This document shows, piece by piece, positions 44,351 to 55,800 of a stretch of DNA of 64,000 bases. Position 1 is the first letter of the stretch. The number at the start of each line of letters is the position of its first letter. The stretch covers positions 1,922,001 through 1,986,000 of the forward strand of contig CATNEN010000024.1 of the NCBI GenBank assembly GCA_950097015.1, given 5' to 3'. Made by a program: the position numbers and the translations under genes. The DNA comes from Macrostomum hystrix. Lineage: Eukaryota > Animalia > Platyhelminthes. The notes beneath the pieces were generated by a model, which saw only the letters and a list, made by a program, of their open reading frames with translations, did no database searches and was not told the origin of the DNA.

Positions 44351-47300
44351 GTGCTGACATCCTTATCCCAATCTGTGTTGCAGTACTCAGGACTTGAGGC
44401 CTGGCTGCCTTTCTGCCTGGCATGCCTTCTGTTGGCGCTAGGCAACTATGCCTATCGGACTGGCGCCCTGGGCTTTCGCGTCACCAAATTTCGGCGCCGC
44501 GATCAGGTCCGATTTTATCTGCGACGTGTGGCCAGGCGGCTGTTTGGTCGCAGCCAATTGGCGACCTCCGCGACGGATGCGCCTCAACGCTGGCGAAATT
44601 TGCTACAGGTTGGAATTCTTATACCTTTTACTTTGTATAACTGCATTGATTCCCTAACATGTGATTGCTGACATCATGTGATTGCTGACATCATGTTATT
44701 GCTGACATCATGTGATTGCTGACATCATGTGATTGCTGACATCATGTGATTGCTGACATCATGTGATTGCTGACATCATGTGATTGCTGACATCATGTGA
44801 TTGCTGACATCATGTGATTGCTGACATCATGTGATTGCTGACATCATGTGATTGCTGACATCATGTGATTGCTGACATCATGTGATTGCTGACATCATGT
44901 GATTGCTGACATCATGTGATTGCTGACATCATGTGATTGCTGACATCATGTGATTGCTGACATCATGTGATTGCTGACATCATGTGATTGCTGACATCAT
45001 GTAATTGCTGACATCATGTGATTGCTGACATCATGTGATTGCTGACATCATGTAATTGCTGACATCATGTGATTGCTGACATCATGTAATTTTATGATCC
45101 TACATCTTGGGATGATTGTCACTCTACAACGAGTAGAGTTCTAATAGTATGTACTTTGCTTCTATCGTCAGGAGCAGCTGCCGCAGCAGCCGTCGCTATC
45201 CAGCCTCGACCTTAACGAGCGTCGCGTTTCGTCCATCGGCAAACGCCTGCTGCGACAGAAGACCCAGGGCGACCTGATGATCGCTGCTCCGTCGTCATCC
45301 TCGATGTCCGGCGTCAGCGCCGCCGATGCAGCGGACAGCGACTACAGCGAGGAGGAATTGTCATCGTCCGGGTCGACGCTGAAAACTCGCGCCGCGCTGC
45401 AAAGACGCGGCTTGGACCGGCTGGCTGAGGCGTTCTGGCCATTGCGAACACTGCAGCCGGCTGACATTGAGTCCCTGATTGTCAGCACCAGCTGCTGGCA
45501 GCCCGGCACAATGATTGAAGCCGATTCAGCTTCGGCCATCATCCTGGTGGACTCAGGAGCTGTCGAAGTCCGCCTATTCGGCCGGCAAACGATTGTTGAA
45601 GTGGTGCCAGCGGGTGAGCACATATTTAGCCCACTAATGCTACTCGGCCAGTTGTGCAATTATCGGCCTGGATTTCGCGACTCGCACTCGTCTGTTAGCG
45701 CCTATCTGCGAGCCTATCCCGGCCTTCAGCCTACTGAAATTCGTGTCCTACCATTTCGTTCATTGTGCAACGCTCTTGGTTTAGCCAGTCAGCATAGCAA
45801 CCCGGTGAATCCGGTGGCTATCAACTGCTGGCGACATTTCACCAAGGTCTTTGCCCAGGGCCTGCTGCCTGCTCTGGTGCCGGACGAGCCAGCTGCCGTT
45901 GATCACACTTCTGGTGGCTGCGGCGTCACCGCCTGCGGCCTCTGGGGCTCCCGCCGATCGGACTCGGAGGCTGTCAAACTGCCCCAATTGGCGTGCATTC
46001 TTCAACTGCCTGCGGACAAGTTTAAAGAGGCCGTGTCGGTCATCGACTATCCGACTGCAGGCGATGTTGTGGCACGTGCTGGCGATCGCTTCACCTGCCT
46101 CTATTTTGTGCTGCGCGGCCGACTGTGCCAGCGACTCGGGACAAAGACTGTATCAGTGAGTACCCCACATGTCTATGCTTGGACCGTATCTATGCTCAGA
46201 TCCTCAGACTGAACCGTGTCTATGCTCAGATCGTCAGACTGAACCGTATCTATGCTCAGATCCTCAGACTGAACCGTGTCTATGCTCAGATCCTCAGACT
46301 GAACCGTATCTATGCTCAGATCGTCAGACTGAACCGTGTCGATGCTCAGATCGTCAGACTGAACCGTGTCTATGCTCAGATCGTCAGACTGAACCGTGTC
46401 TATGCTCAGATCCTCAGACTGAACCGTATCTATGCTCAGATCCTCAGACTGAACCGTGTCTATGCTCAGATCCTCAGACTGAACCGTGTCTATGCTCAGA
46501 TCCTCAGACTGAACCGTGTCTATGCTCAGATCCTCAGACTGAACCGTGTCTATGCTCAGATCCTCAGACTGAACCGTATCTATGCTCAGATCCTCAGACT
46601 GAACCAGATCTATGCTCAGATCCTCAGACTGAACCGTATCTATGCTCAGATCCTCAGACTGAACCGTATCTATGCTCAGATCCTCAGACTGAACCGTGTC
46701 TATGCTCAGATCCTCAGACTGAACCGTATCTATGCTCAGATCCTCAGACTGAACCGTGTCTATGCTCAGATCCTCAGACTGAACCGGATCTATGCTCAGA
46801 TCCTCAGACTGAACCGTATCTATGCTCAGATCCTCAGACTGAACCGTGTCTATGCTCAGATCCTCAGACTGAACCGTGTCTATACTCAGATCGTCAGACT
46901 AAACCATGTCCATATCTGGGTAGGTCACAACATCCACTCGTGTTTCTAACTCAGCTGATGTTAGTACACATGCTGGTAACCAATTGAAAACACAAATTGC
47001 TTCCCTAGCGCTGAAAATCGAACTCCTGAACGCTCAGTACTCAAGTCCAACGCTCTCACCGCTGAGCTGCGAGCTCGCTTAACCTTTGCCTTAACCAACC
47101 TAGTTAACCATTTCACATTTCAGGTGGCCGGTCCTGGCGACTTCTTCGGCCTAGTGAACTACTGCGGCCAGCTGCCCCTGGCCTCTGATGTCTACTGCCG
47201 GTCGCCAGCCACTAGCCTAGCCTGCCTGGACCCCAGCCGCCTGCCTGATGGGCCAGTTTGCCGCCTATTGGCCAGCTGTCTGGCCAGAGTGTCCGCCTGC

Positions 47301-50300
47301 TTCCTTGCCACAGTCAGTCCTCTGGTGCGCACCCTGGATGCCGCTCTGCGCTTTGAATCGGTGAAATGCGGCGCCAGCCTGACTGGCCGGACTGGGGTGG
47401 ACGATCCGCACTGCCATTTCGTCCTGTCCGGCCGCCTACAGCAGCGCCAGCCTGGCTCGGCCGAGTTCTATGGCAAAGGTCGCATTATTAATCTGGTCGC
47501 GGCGCTTAATCGCTCCCAGGCTCCGTTGCCAACAGAATCTGTGCGCGACTCTGAACTGCTGCGTCTCAGCAGGCACATGGTCTCATTCCTGTCCAAACGC
47601 TATCAGGGATTCTCGCACCTGTTAGTATCCACCCTGGCCAATGCCCTGCTAGACTCCTACGAAGCTGCCCTGCCATCTTCGACTGGCTGCAATCCGCAAT
47701 CGTCGCCAGTGAAAACGGTGGCGGTCATTCCAGCTCAGGACTACCTGCCGGCTGCTCACTTTGCCGGCTGTCTGGCCGGCCTACTGCCCGCCCCGGTGCG
47801 CCATCTGTCCTCCGAGCTGGTCTGCAGAAAGTTTCACAAATCCGTCTGGGAGCTGGGCGTTCGCGACGACGCCCTGCAGAGCTGGCTGGCCGCCGGCGAG
47901 GAGGAGAACAATTTTGTTATATTTGCCGCCGACTTTGAGCTGACGCCATGGACTCTGATGTGCATTCGTCTGGCTGACATCATCCTGGTGCTGTCCGATC
48001 ATGACGCTTCGCCCGTACCCTGCCTGACTGAGCACTTCTGCGCCCGCTATAGTCGAGCCCAAATTGAACTGCTCCTCCTGCATCCGAAGCGTCGGCTGCG
48101 AGTTCCGCCCGGCTCAACCGCACCATTCCTGACTGCCCGGCCATGGGTTCGGCAGCATCTCCATCTGCGCCTGCCGGACAGTCTCCGGCTGCATCGGACT
48201 CGTCGGGTGTCGCTCCGAGTAGCGCCGGATATGCTCAGGCTGGCCCGGCGACTCACCGGCTCCTCGATCGGCCTGGCGCTGGGCGGCGGCGGCGCCAGAG
48301 GTGCCGCACACCCGGCTGTTATCAAACTGCTGTGCGATAAGCGGGTACCAATCGACTTACTCAGCGGCACCAGTATTGGCTCCCTAATGGCCAGTCTGTG
48401 GGCCCTGGACACTAGCCTAGACTCGTTGATGTACAGCGCTAAGAAGACTTTTAGTGAGGCCGGTTCGCTGCCGATGCAACTGTTGGACATGACACTGCCA
48501 TTGGTGTCGTTCTTTCGCGGCGGCCTGATAAATCGCATTCTGTTGAAATGTTTCGATCGCAATTTACACATTGAAGATCTCTGGCTTCCCTGCTATTTTG
48601 TGACCACTGATCTGCGCACCTGCCGAATGCGAGTCATCAGTCGGGGCCGATTGTGGAAGGCGGTGCGGGCTAGCATGTCCTATCCCATCATCCTGCCGCC
48701 TATATGGAGCGACGATGGCGACCTGCTTGTTGACGGCTGCTTTGTTAACAATCTACCGGCTGATGTTCTCAGGTGAGCAGGAGCCAATTTACGCCTTCTT
48801 GTCCTAACTGAGTCTATACCGGCTATTTTCGTTTTTCTACACATATAGGTATTAGCCTCATCGATCCGACATAATTATAAATTTCGAATTTTCGATACAT
48901 ATCGGGTATTAGCCTAGAGCTTTGATTATTCATTGCTAAATTTAAGCAATTAGGGTATTCGATTTCCTTACATATTGCCGTCAGTGTCACTAGTGAAATA
49001 ATTCCGCGTCCTCGGACACGCTCTTATAATTTTTTCTCTACATATCGGTTTCAATCCCCATCGCAGGTATCAGGCTGGCGCCGCCAAAGTAATAGCGGTT
49101 GACATCTCAGAGAGCAGCAGCCTTGAGCAGGGCGGCTATCGACTCTATGGCGACAGTCTGTCAGGCTTTAGGGCCTTCCTAACCCGCGGCATTCGCTATC
49201 CGAGCCTCATCGATGTGCAGCTGCGGCTGGCCAGCATCACATCCAGCATGAATGTCCGGCAGCACAACCTGCAGGAAGCCTCCTGGTGCTGGTACCTGAC
49301 TCCGCCTGTGCACGCCTACAGCATCTCCAGCTTTGCCAGCTTTCAGCGCATCTACGAAGCCGCCGTCGACTACGCCGAGGCCAAATGGAATGGGGACAAC
49401 GCGACCGCTGTCTGGTTTCCGGAGCTGCTGCTGGCCGACAAGGCTGGCAATGCCTCGTCAACTGCAGGAGGCATTCAAGTGGGTTTCTTAATTTCCCCTT
49501 GTCTTGTGATTTATTAACGGGATTATAGATTTGATAGCTGGCATTATCAAAGGAAATCTAGATCCTAAAAGCCATCTGGGATCTCTAGGCTGGAATCATG
49601 GGGGTGGATGTGGGATCTCTAGGCTGGAATCATGGGGGTGGATGTGGGATCTCTAGGCTGGAATCATGGGGGTGGATGTGGGATCTCTAGGCTGGAATCA
49701 TGGGGGTGGATGTGGGATCTCTAGGCTGGAATCATGGGGTGGATGTGGGATCTCTAGGCTGGAATCATGGGGTGGATGTGGGATCTCTAGGCTGGAATCA
49801 TGGGGTGGATGTGGGATCTCTAGGCTGGAATCTTGGGATGGATGTGGGATCTCTAGGCTGGAATCATGGGGGTGGATGTGGGATCTCTAGGCTGGAATCA
49901 TGGGGGTGGATGTGGGATCTCTAGGCTGGAATCATGGGGTGGATGTGGGATCTCTAGGCTGGAATCATGGGGTGGATGTGGGATCTCTAGGCTGGAATCA
50001 TGGGGTGGATGTGGGATCTCTAGGCTGGAATCATGGGGTGGATGTGGGATCTCTAGGCTGGAATCATGGGGTGGATGTGGGATCTCTAGGCTGGAATCAT
50101 GGGGGTGGATGTGGGATCTCTAGGCTGGAATCATGGGGTGGATGTGGGATCTCTAGGCTGGAATCATGGGGGTGGATGTGGGATCTCTAGGCTGGAATCA
50201 TGGGGTGGATGTGGGATCTCTAGGCTGGAATCATGGGGTGGATGTGGGATCTCTAGACTGGAATCATGGGGTGGATGTGGGATCTCTAGGCTGGAATCAT

Positions 50301-50931
50301 GGGGTGGATGTGGGATCTCTAGGCTGGAATCTTGGGATGGATGTGGGATCTCTAGACTGGAATCATGGGGGTGGATGTGGGATCTCTAGGCTGGAATCAT
50401 GGGGTGGATGTGGCATCTCTAGGCTGGAATCATGGGGTGGATGTGGCATCTCTAGGCTGGAATCTTGAGATGGATGTGGGATCTCTAGGCTGGAATCATG
50501 GGGGTGATGTGGGATCTCTAGGCTGGAATCATGGGGTGGATGGATTCCGTACTCAAATGAAATCTGAATATTCATATTTATATTCCTTCCATTCAGCTCA
50601 TTCTAGCCATGCTTATGATTTTGCACTTCTCTAATGCTGCCCAAAACTGCTCCAATCACAGGCCAGCGCCAACTTCGAATCCGAGGTCTCCGCCTTGCTG
50701 CAGAGCATCCGACTGTTCTCAGCCCAGCAGCCGGACTCGAAGGTTGTCAGCGAAGGTCCCGACGATGACATCGACATTATCGAGGTGGAAGAATTGGCCA
50801 CGGGGCAGTTGCCGGCGTACTCAAGGACCATCTCCGACCCGGCTCTGCCGATCGGCTCACCTGGCGGAATCATTGCCTGCGGCGGCGGTATCACGATAAA
50901 GTGCTGCTCTACTGCAGGAATTCTATTCTAG
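44351..50931 (+). CDS. PNPLA6: Neuropathy target esterase / swiss cheese-like patatin phospholipase (PNPLA6/7 family), divergent, ~1,190 aa
   Basis: Exons 44351-44608, 45172-46155, 47124-48772, 49067-49478, 50662-50931 (3,573 nt, phases consistent); N-terminal TM plus FRRRDQVRFY, cNMP-like domains (GDRFTCLYFVLRGRL, HFVLSGRL), ALGGGGARG, GTSIG, ASMS.P..LPP, LVDGCFVNNLPAD, YGDSLSG. No ATG found; PNPLA6 versus PNPLA7 cannot be resolved. Confidence 0.88.
44655..45090. repeat. 17-bp minisatellite (ACATCATGTGATTGCTG)
   Basis: Near-perfect tandem array in PNPLA intron 1. Confidence 0.97.
46185..46915. repeat. 30-bp minisatellite (TATGCTCAGATCCTCAGACTGAACCGTGTC)
   Basis: Tandem array in PNPLA intron 2. 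Confidence 0.97.
46995..47075 (-). mobile_element. tRNA-like SINE head remnant
   Basis: Minus strand AGCTCAGCGG (A box) and GGAGTTCGATT (B box) without a complete cloverleaf. Confidence 0.45.
49575..50540. repeat. 33/34-bp minisatellite (GGGATCTCTAGGCTGGAATCATGGGGTGGATGT)
   Basis: Tandem array in PNPLA intron 4. Confidence 0.97.
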
Positions 50932-51185
50932 TTTTAAAAAGACTGTTTGATAATTTTTACATCTGTGATCACCTGATGTGCTTTGAATATTTACACTGCA
51001 GGTGTGCGCCTGCATTGTGTCATATCGGCATTTAGAGTTTGTTAAAGTGATTACACTGTTTGCTCTGCGGCTTATGTAACCATGATACTACTACTACTAC
51101 TACTACTATTAATACTACTACTGCAATCATTATATTTTCTTATTTCTACTAATATACTATTTGACTAGACTATACTAATATACTA

Positions 51186-51670
51186 GGGGGGTTGGTGGCA
51201 GAGTGGTCTAGCGCGATTGCCTCTCTGAGCAACAAAGTCCCTGAGCTCGATTCCTCGGCGAGGCCACATTTATTTGGGGCGCAGCCGAGGAGAGAAGGCT
51301 TGGGAGCTTGTTGTGCAATTTATACCCTTGAGGGCCAACCTCTAAGGCACAGTGACAGTGTACGCTGCCCCTGACAATGAAAAAGTCTGGGCAGATGTAC
51401 ACACCTTGTGAGCGTGTGTGCTCAGGAGTCAGCTAAATGGGCAGAATTGTCGCCTCCCCCGGTGGGACATTACTTTACGCCCCCTCTGTACGCCCCCTAT
51501 TAACAAAGTGCTGTTAATAAAACCCTGCGCCCAGGCGGCGGGGGGCGTATAGCGGGGCGCACGGCGCCCCACCCTGCGCCCCAAAAAGCTGTCCCACCGG
51601 GTCGCTAGCTGCGGGTCTAGTGTCACCGAATGATGTGCCATTGACCGCAGTTATCCTGCAATTATTTTTA
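51186..51670 (+). mobile_element. tRNA-derived SINE family 2 copy interrupted by a MITE
   Basis: Homologous to 61674-62049 on both sides of the 51458-51601 insert. Confidence 0.88.
51458..51601. mobile_element. 144-bp GC-rich MITE with 12-bp perfect TIR CCCGGTGGGACA
   Basis: Absent from the intact SINE copy at 61674-62049; TIRs at 51458-51469 and 51590-51601. Confidence 0.8.
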
Positions 51671-51870
51671 ATTTTACTAATATACTATATATGATTAAGT
51701 AGATAGAATCTAGTAACGTCCTATGATTTTCGTTAATTAAATTTCAGTCTTTTTTTATTTAATATTTCCTCTTATTCAACATCTGATTTTAATTACTGGA
51801 TAATTCTTTGCTAGTCTGTGCTAATTTTAGTTTTAGTAGAGGTTGTAGCCTGTAGAGGTTGTAGCCTGTG

Positions 51871-52190
51871 GAGGTTGTAGCCTAGTGGTTAGGGCGTCGG
51901 ACTCACGACTTGAAGGTCGGGGGTTCGATTCCCGACTCCCCTGAACAATTTGCGTCCTTTAGCAAGACACTTAACTCTGCATTGCTTCAGTTCACCCAGC
52001 TGTTAAATGGGTACCAGCATCAGCTGGGGTAATTGAAGGTGGGTGTGGCGTCCCCCCATTCCGTGGACTGAACAGCTGTACGCAGCCTTCAGATGCGCCG
52101 CGCATTAGCTGCGGCTGTGCTGTCGGCTGCACATCTGACCCAATTGGGGCAGGTGTAATCAATTAATTAATATTATTATTATTAATTATA
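51871..52190 (+). mobile_element. tRNA-derived SINE family 1, copy 2 (5' 16 bp triplicated at 51841-51886)
   Basis: A box TAGCCTAGTGG, B box GTTCGATTCC, CORE/Meta-like centre, ATT tail. Confidence 0.88.
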
Positions 52191-52892
52191 TTAATTAGAT
52201 TTAACATCACACCTTCTTACTCTAGTGAATGTCACTTCACCTTTTGAGGTGAAATATTTTTGTCTTTGACTTGTTTTTCTTATTCTAGCCTATTCGATTG
52301 GTTGTCAATTTGCTGTTTTCCAGAGCTCTTGTTTATCGGTTCTATATAAAAATTCCATAGTACAAGAGATTGATATTGAAACCCTTTGAAAACAAATCCT
52401 GCATTGATCAGAAAATGTGGCTGCTGCTGCTGCTTTTATTTAGTTTTTTTTAAATGCCCATTTTTGTTTTGCAAAACAGGCAATATTTGCTAGCGAATTT
52501 TTTGTAGCTTTTTGCTTAAGTTGTAAATCATTTTTGCTATATTCTTTCACTAAAAGTTGAGCCGTTCTTTCATTGCCAAGCCAATGTAATTTGGTAACTC
52601 AAATACATTTGTTTAGCTTTAATTGCTAACGTGGCTACAACTTTGAGCACCGCTTTTGCTATATTTGTGTCAACTTTAGTGAGGCCTATTTTGTTTCTTA
52701 TGAGCTAACTAGATTCCAACGCCAGTAGATATGTGTTTGCAGATTGATAGTGAGTGTGGCAGGTGTTAATATACTGTTCTGTAGATATTGGAGATTAGTC
52801 GGGATAATCCGGCAATATCCCATCGCAATCGCACCTTCAGATGCCAGCTCAATTTGGCTAAACTAGGCTCATCTCGCTAACAGAGGCTGCCA

Positions 52893-55800
52893 ATGTCCAT
52901 CAAGGACGCCCACCTGCAGCGGCTGAGTGCCGCCCTGAAGGAGATCCAGTGCATCTGCACCGAGAGCATCGCCCTGACCAGCGACAATCCGTGCGTCCAG
53001 AAGGTCTGCCACTGTCTGGATCGCGTATTTCTAGACGGCCTGAAGACTCCGTCACGCGGCTACTGGGACCTGCTGGTGGAGCTCAGTCACAAGGACCTGG
53101 TGCGCGAGATTAAGGCCAGCAGGTATCAACAGAAACGGAATGAAACCATTTTAACACCATTTACCCCAGTTTAAAATCGTCCCTTGCAAACTTGTTTTCC
53201 TACCCCAGTTTAAAATCGTCCCTTGCAAACTTGTTTTCCTACCCCAGTTTAAAATCGTCCCAAGCAAACTTGTTTTCCTACCCCAGTTTAAAATCGTCCC
53301 AAGCAAACTTGTTTTCCTACCCCAGTTTAAAATCGTCCCTTGCAAACTTGTTTTCCTACCCCAGTTTAAAATCGTCCCTTGCAAACTTGTTTTCCTACCC
53401 CAGTTTAAAATCGTCCCTTGCAAACTTGTTTTCCTACCCCAGTTTAAAATCGTCCCTTGCAAACTTGTTTTCCTACCCCAGTTTACACTCGTCCCAAGCA
53501 AACTTGTTTTCCTACCCCAGTTTACACTCGTCCCAAGCAAACTTGTTTTCCTACCCCAGTTTACACTCGTCCCTAGCAAACTTGTTTTCCTACCCCAGTT
53601 TACACTCGTCCCTAGCAAACTTGTTTTCTTACCCCAGTGTACACTCGTCCCAAGCAAACTTGTTTTCCTACCCCAGTTTACACTCGTCCCAAGCAAACTT
53701 GTTTTCCTACCCCAGTTTACACTCGTCCCAAGCAAACTTGTTTTCTTACTCCAGTGTACACTCGTCCCTAGCAAACTTGTTTTCCTATCCCAGTGTACAC
53801 TATTCCCTAGCACATCGGTTTTCCTACCCCAGCTGTACATTCATAACCTAATCCCACTGATAAAGTGTCAATTGTCCACCGCCATACAGTTTTATAGTTA
53901 GAGAGCCACAATGACCCCATCTAATCCGCAGATATCTGCTAACCAATCATGGGAGAGCTCGCGCCTGGCTATTCCGTGTCCTGAGCGAATCGCTGCTCGA
54001 GTCCTACCTGGCCAGCCTGGCCGGCGATGTCGCTCTGCTGCGCCGCTACTACGAGCCGCATGCCCTATTGGCCGATTCGAATCGCACTCGACTACTGCAG
54101 ACCCTGCTATCCGGCCTGGAGCATTGCGACCTGTCCTGTGTGTCCTGGTCCACAGTCACATTTCTGGATGTCGGCTGCATTGATCCGGCGAAGCGAAATC
54201 GCGGCGACACTGAGTCCGGCTCGTCTGGCTCCCTCGGCGGTCTGCAGGATGGCCCCGCTGCGTCGGCAACGTCCGACAATCCGCAGTCATCTTCGACCTC
54301 ATCCCAGGAGCTGCAGCAGCATTCTCACCTGCTTTCAGAAGTGCCACCGTCTCCCCTGACATTGGCATCGATGACGCAGCAGCATGAGCAGATTTCGGAG
54401 CAATTGCCAGTCGAAGATCAAAGCCTCGATTTCAACAGCATCACAATGTCTCAGGATGACAGCCTGGTGGTTGAACGAAAGCTGACTCATCGTCAGAGGC
54501 AGCCAGGAGCTGGTGGTATCTCGTCATCGAACTATTACCGATTAACTATGGCCGACTCTGAGGAAGATGACAGCTTGCCTCCACCGCCGCCGCCGCCGCA
54601 GCCACCGCAGCCGCCAGTTGAAGAAGTCCCTGTAGGTCGCGCAAGCAGAGCGTCGTCTGATCATCGTAGCTCTCCGACTGTCGAAATTGTTCAAGACGAT
54701 GAATCCGACAAGGAGACAACTCCCGTTATCTCGGCTGAGCCCTTGAAAATGAACGGCAATGTTAAAGCTCTGCATCCTCATTCTTCATCGCCGCCTCAGC
54801 AGCAGCAGCAGCAGCAGCAAAAGAAACAATATTCACATCAAGGGCCATTGTCCCTGCCACTGCCAATGTCGATGCCGTTGACCACATCGGGCTCAACTCG
54901 CCGTCAGCACGACTTCGGCGGACCAACCCTCCTGGCCAGATCGCTGGCGGACGAGCTGCTGGAGGCCGAGGAGGCGGCCGCTAGGCAAGCAGCGGCGCGA
55001 AGCGGATCCGAAGCTGACGCTGATGATAATACCGATGCAGCTGTGGACTCGGATGCCGATGTCGAACCGGAGATGGGCGCTGCCAACGCTGAGGCGGACG
55101 CGGACGCCGAAGAATCGTCGTCAACGGCTTCGGATGCCGTTGACGCGCCGAGTCCTTTCGACCCTGCCGCCCTGTCCAGCGACTACGCTCTTGAGCCGCG
55201 GCAGGTCCAGGACGCGCTGGGCGATCCGAGCATCGCCGCCGCCTATCGAGCGCTCTGGTGGCGCGGCGACGCCTGGACGGCCTGCATGCTGTGCCTGTCC
55301 GCTGGCCGAGCAGCTCTCATCGCTTCTGGCTCGTTGGTCAGGTGAGGAGATTTATGTTGCTCGCTCACTTGCTGAAACTCTGGTTTTACTGCTGCACTGC
55401 TCCATTCACCACTCCTAATCCCCTTTCACCACTCTTGATCCCCATTCACCACTTTTGATCCCCATTCACCACTCTTGATCCCCATTCACCACTCCCGATC
55501 CCCATTCACCACTCTTGATCCCCATTCACCACTCCCGATCCCCATTCACCACTCCTGATCCCCATTCACCACTCTTGATCCCCATTCACCACTCCCGATC
55601 CCCATTCACCACTCTTGATCCCCATTCACCACTCTTGATCCACATTCACCACTCCCGATCCCCATTCACCACTCTTGATCCCCATTCACCACTCCCGATC
55701 CCCATTCACCACTCCTGATCCCCATTCACCACTCTTGATCCCCATTCACCACTCCCGATCCCCATTCACCACTCTTGATCCCCATTCACCACTCTTGATC

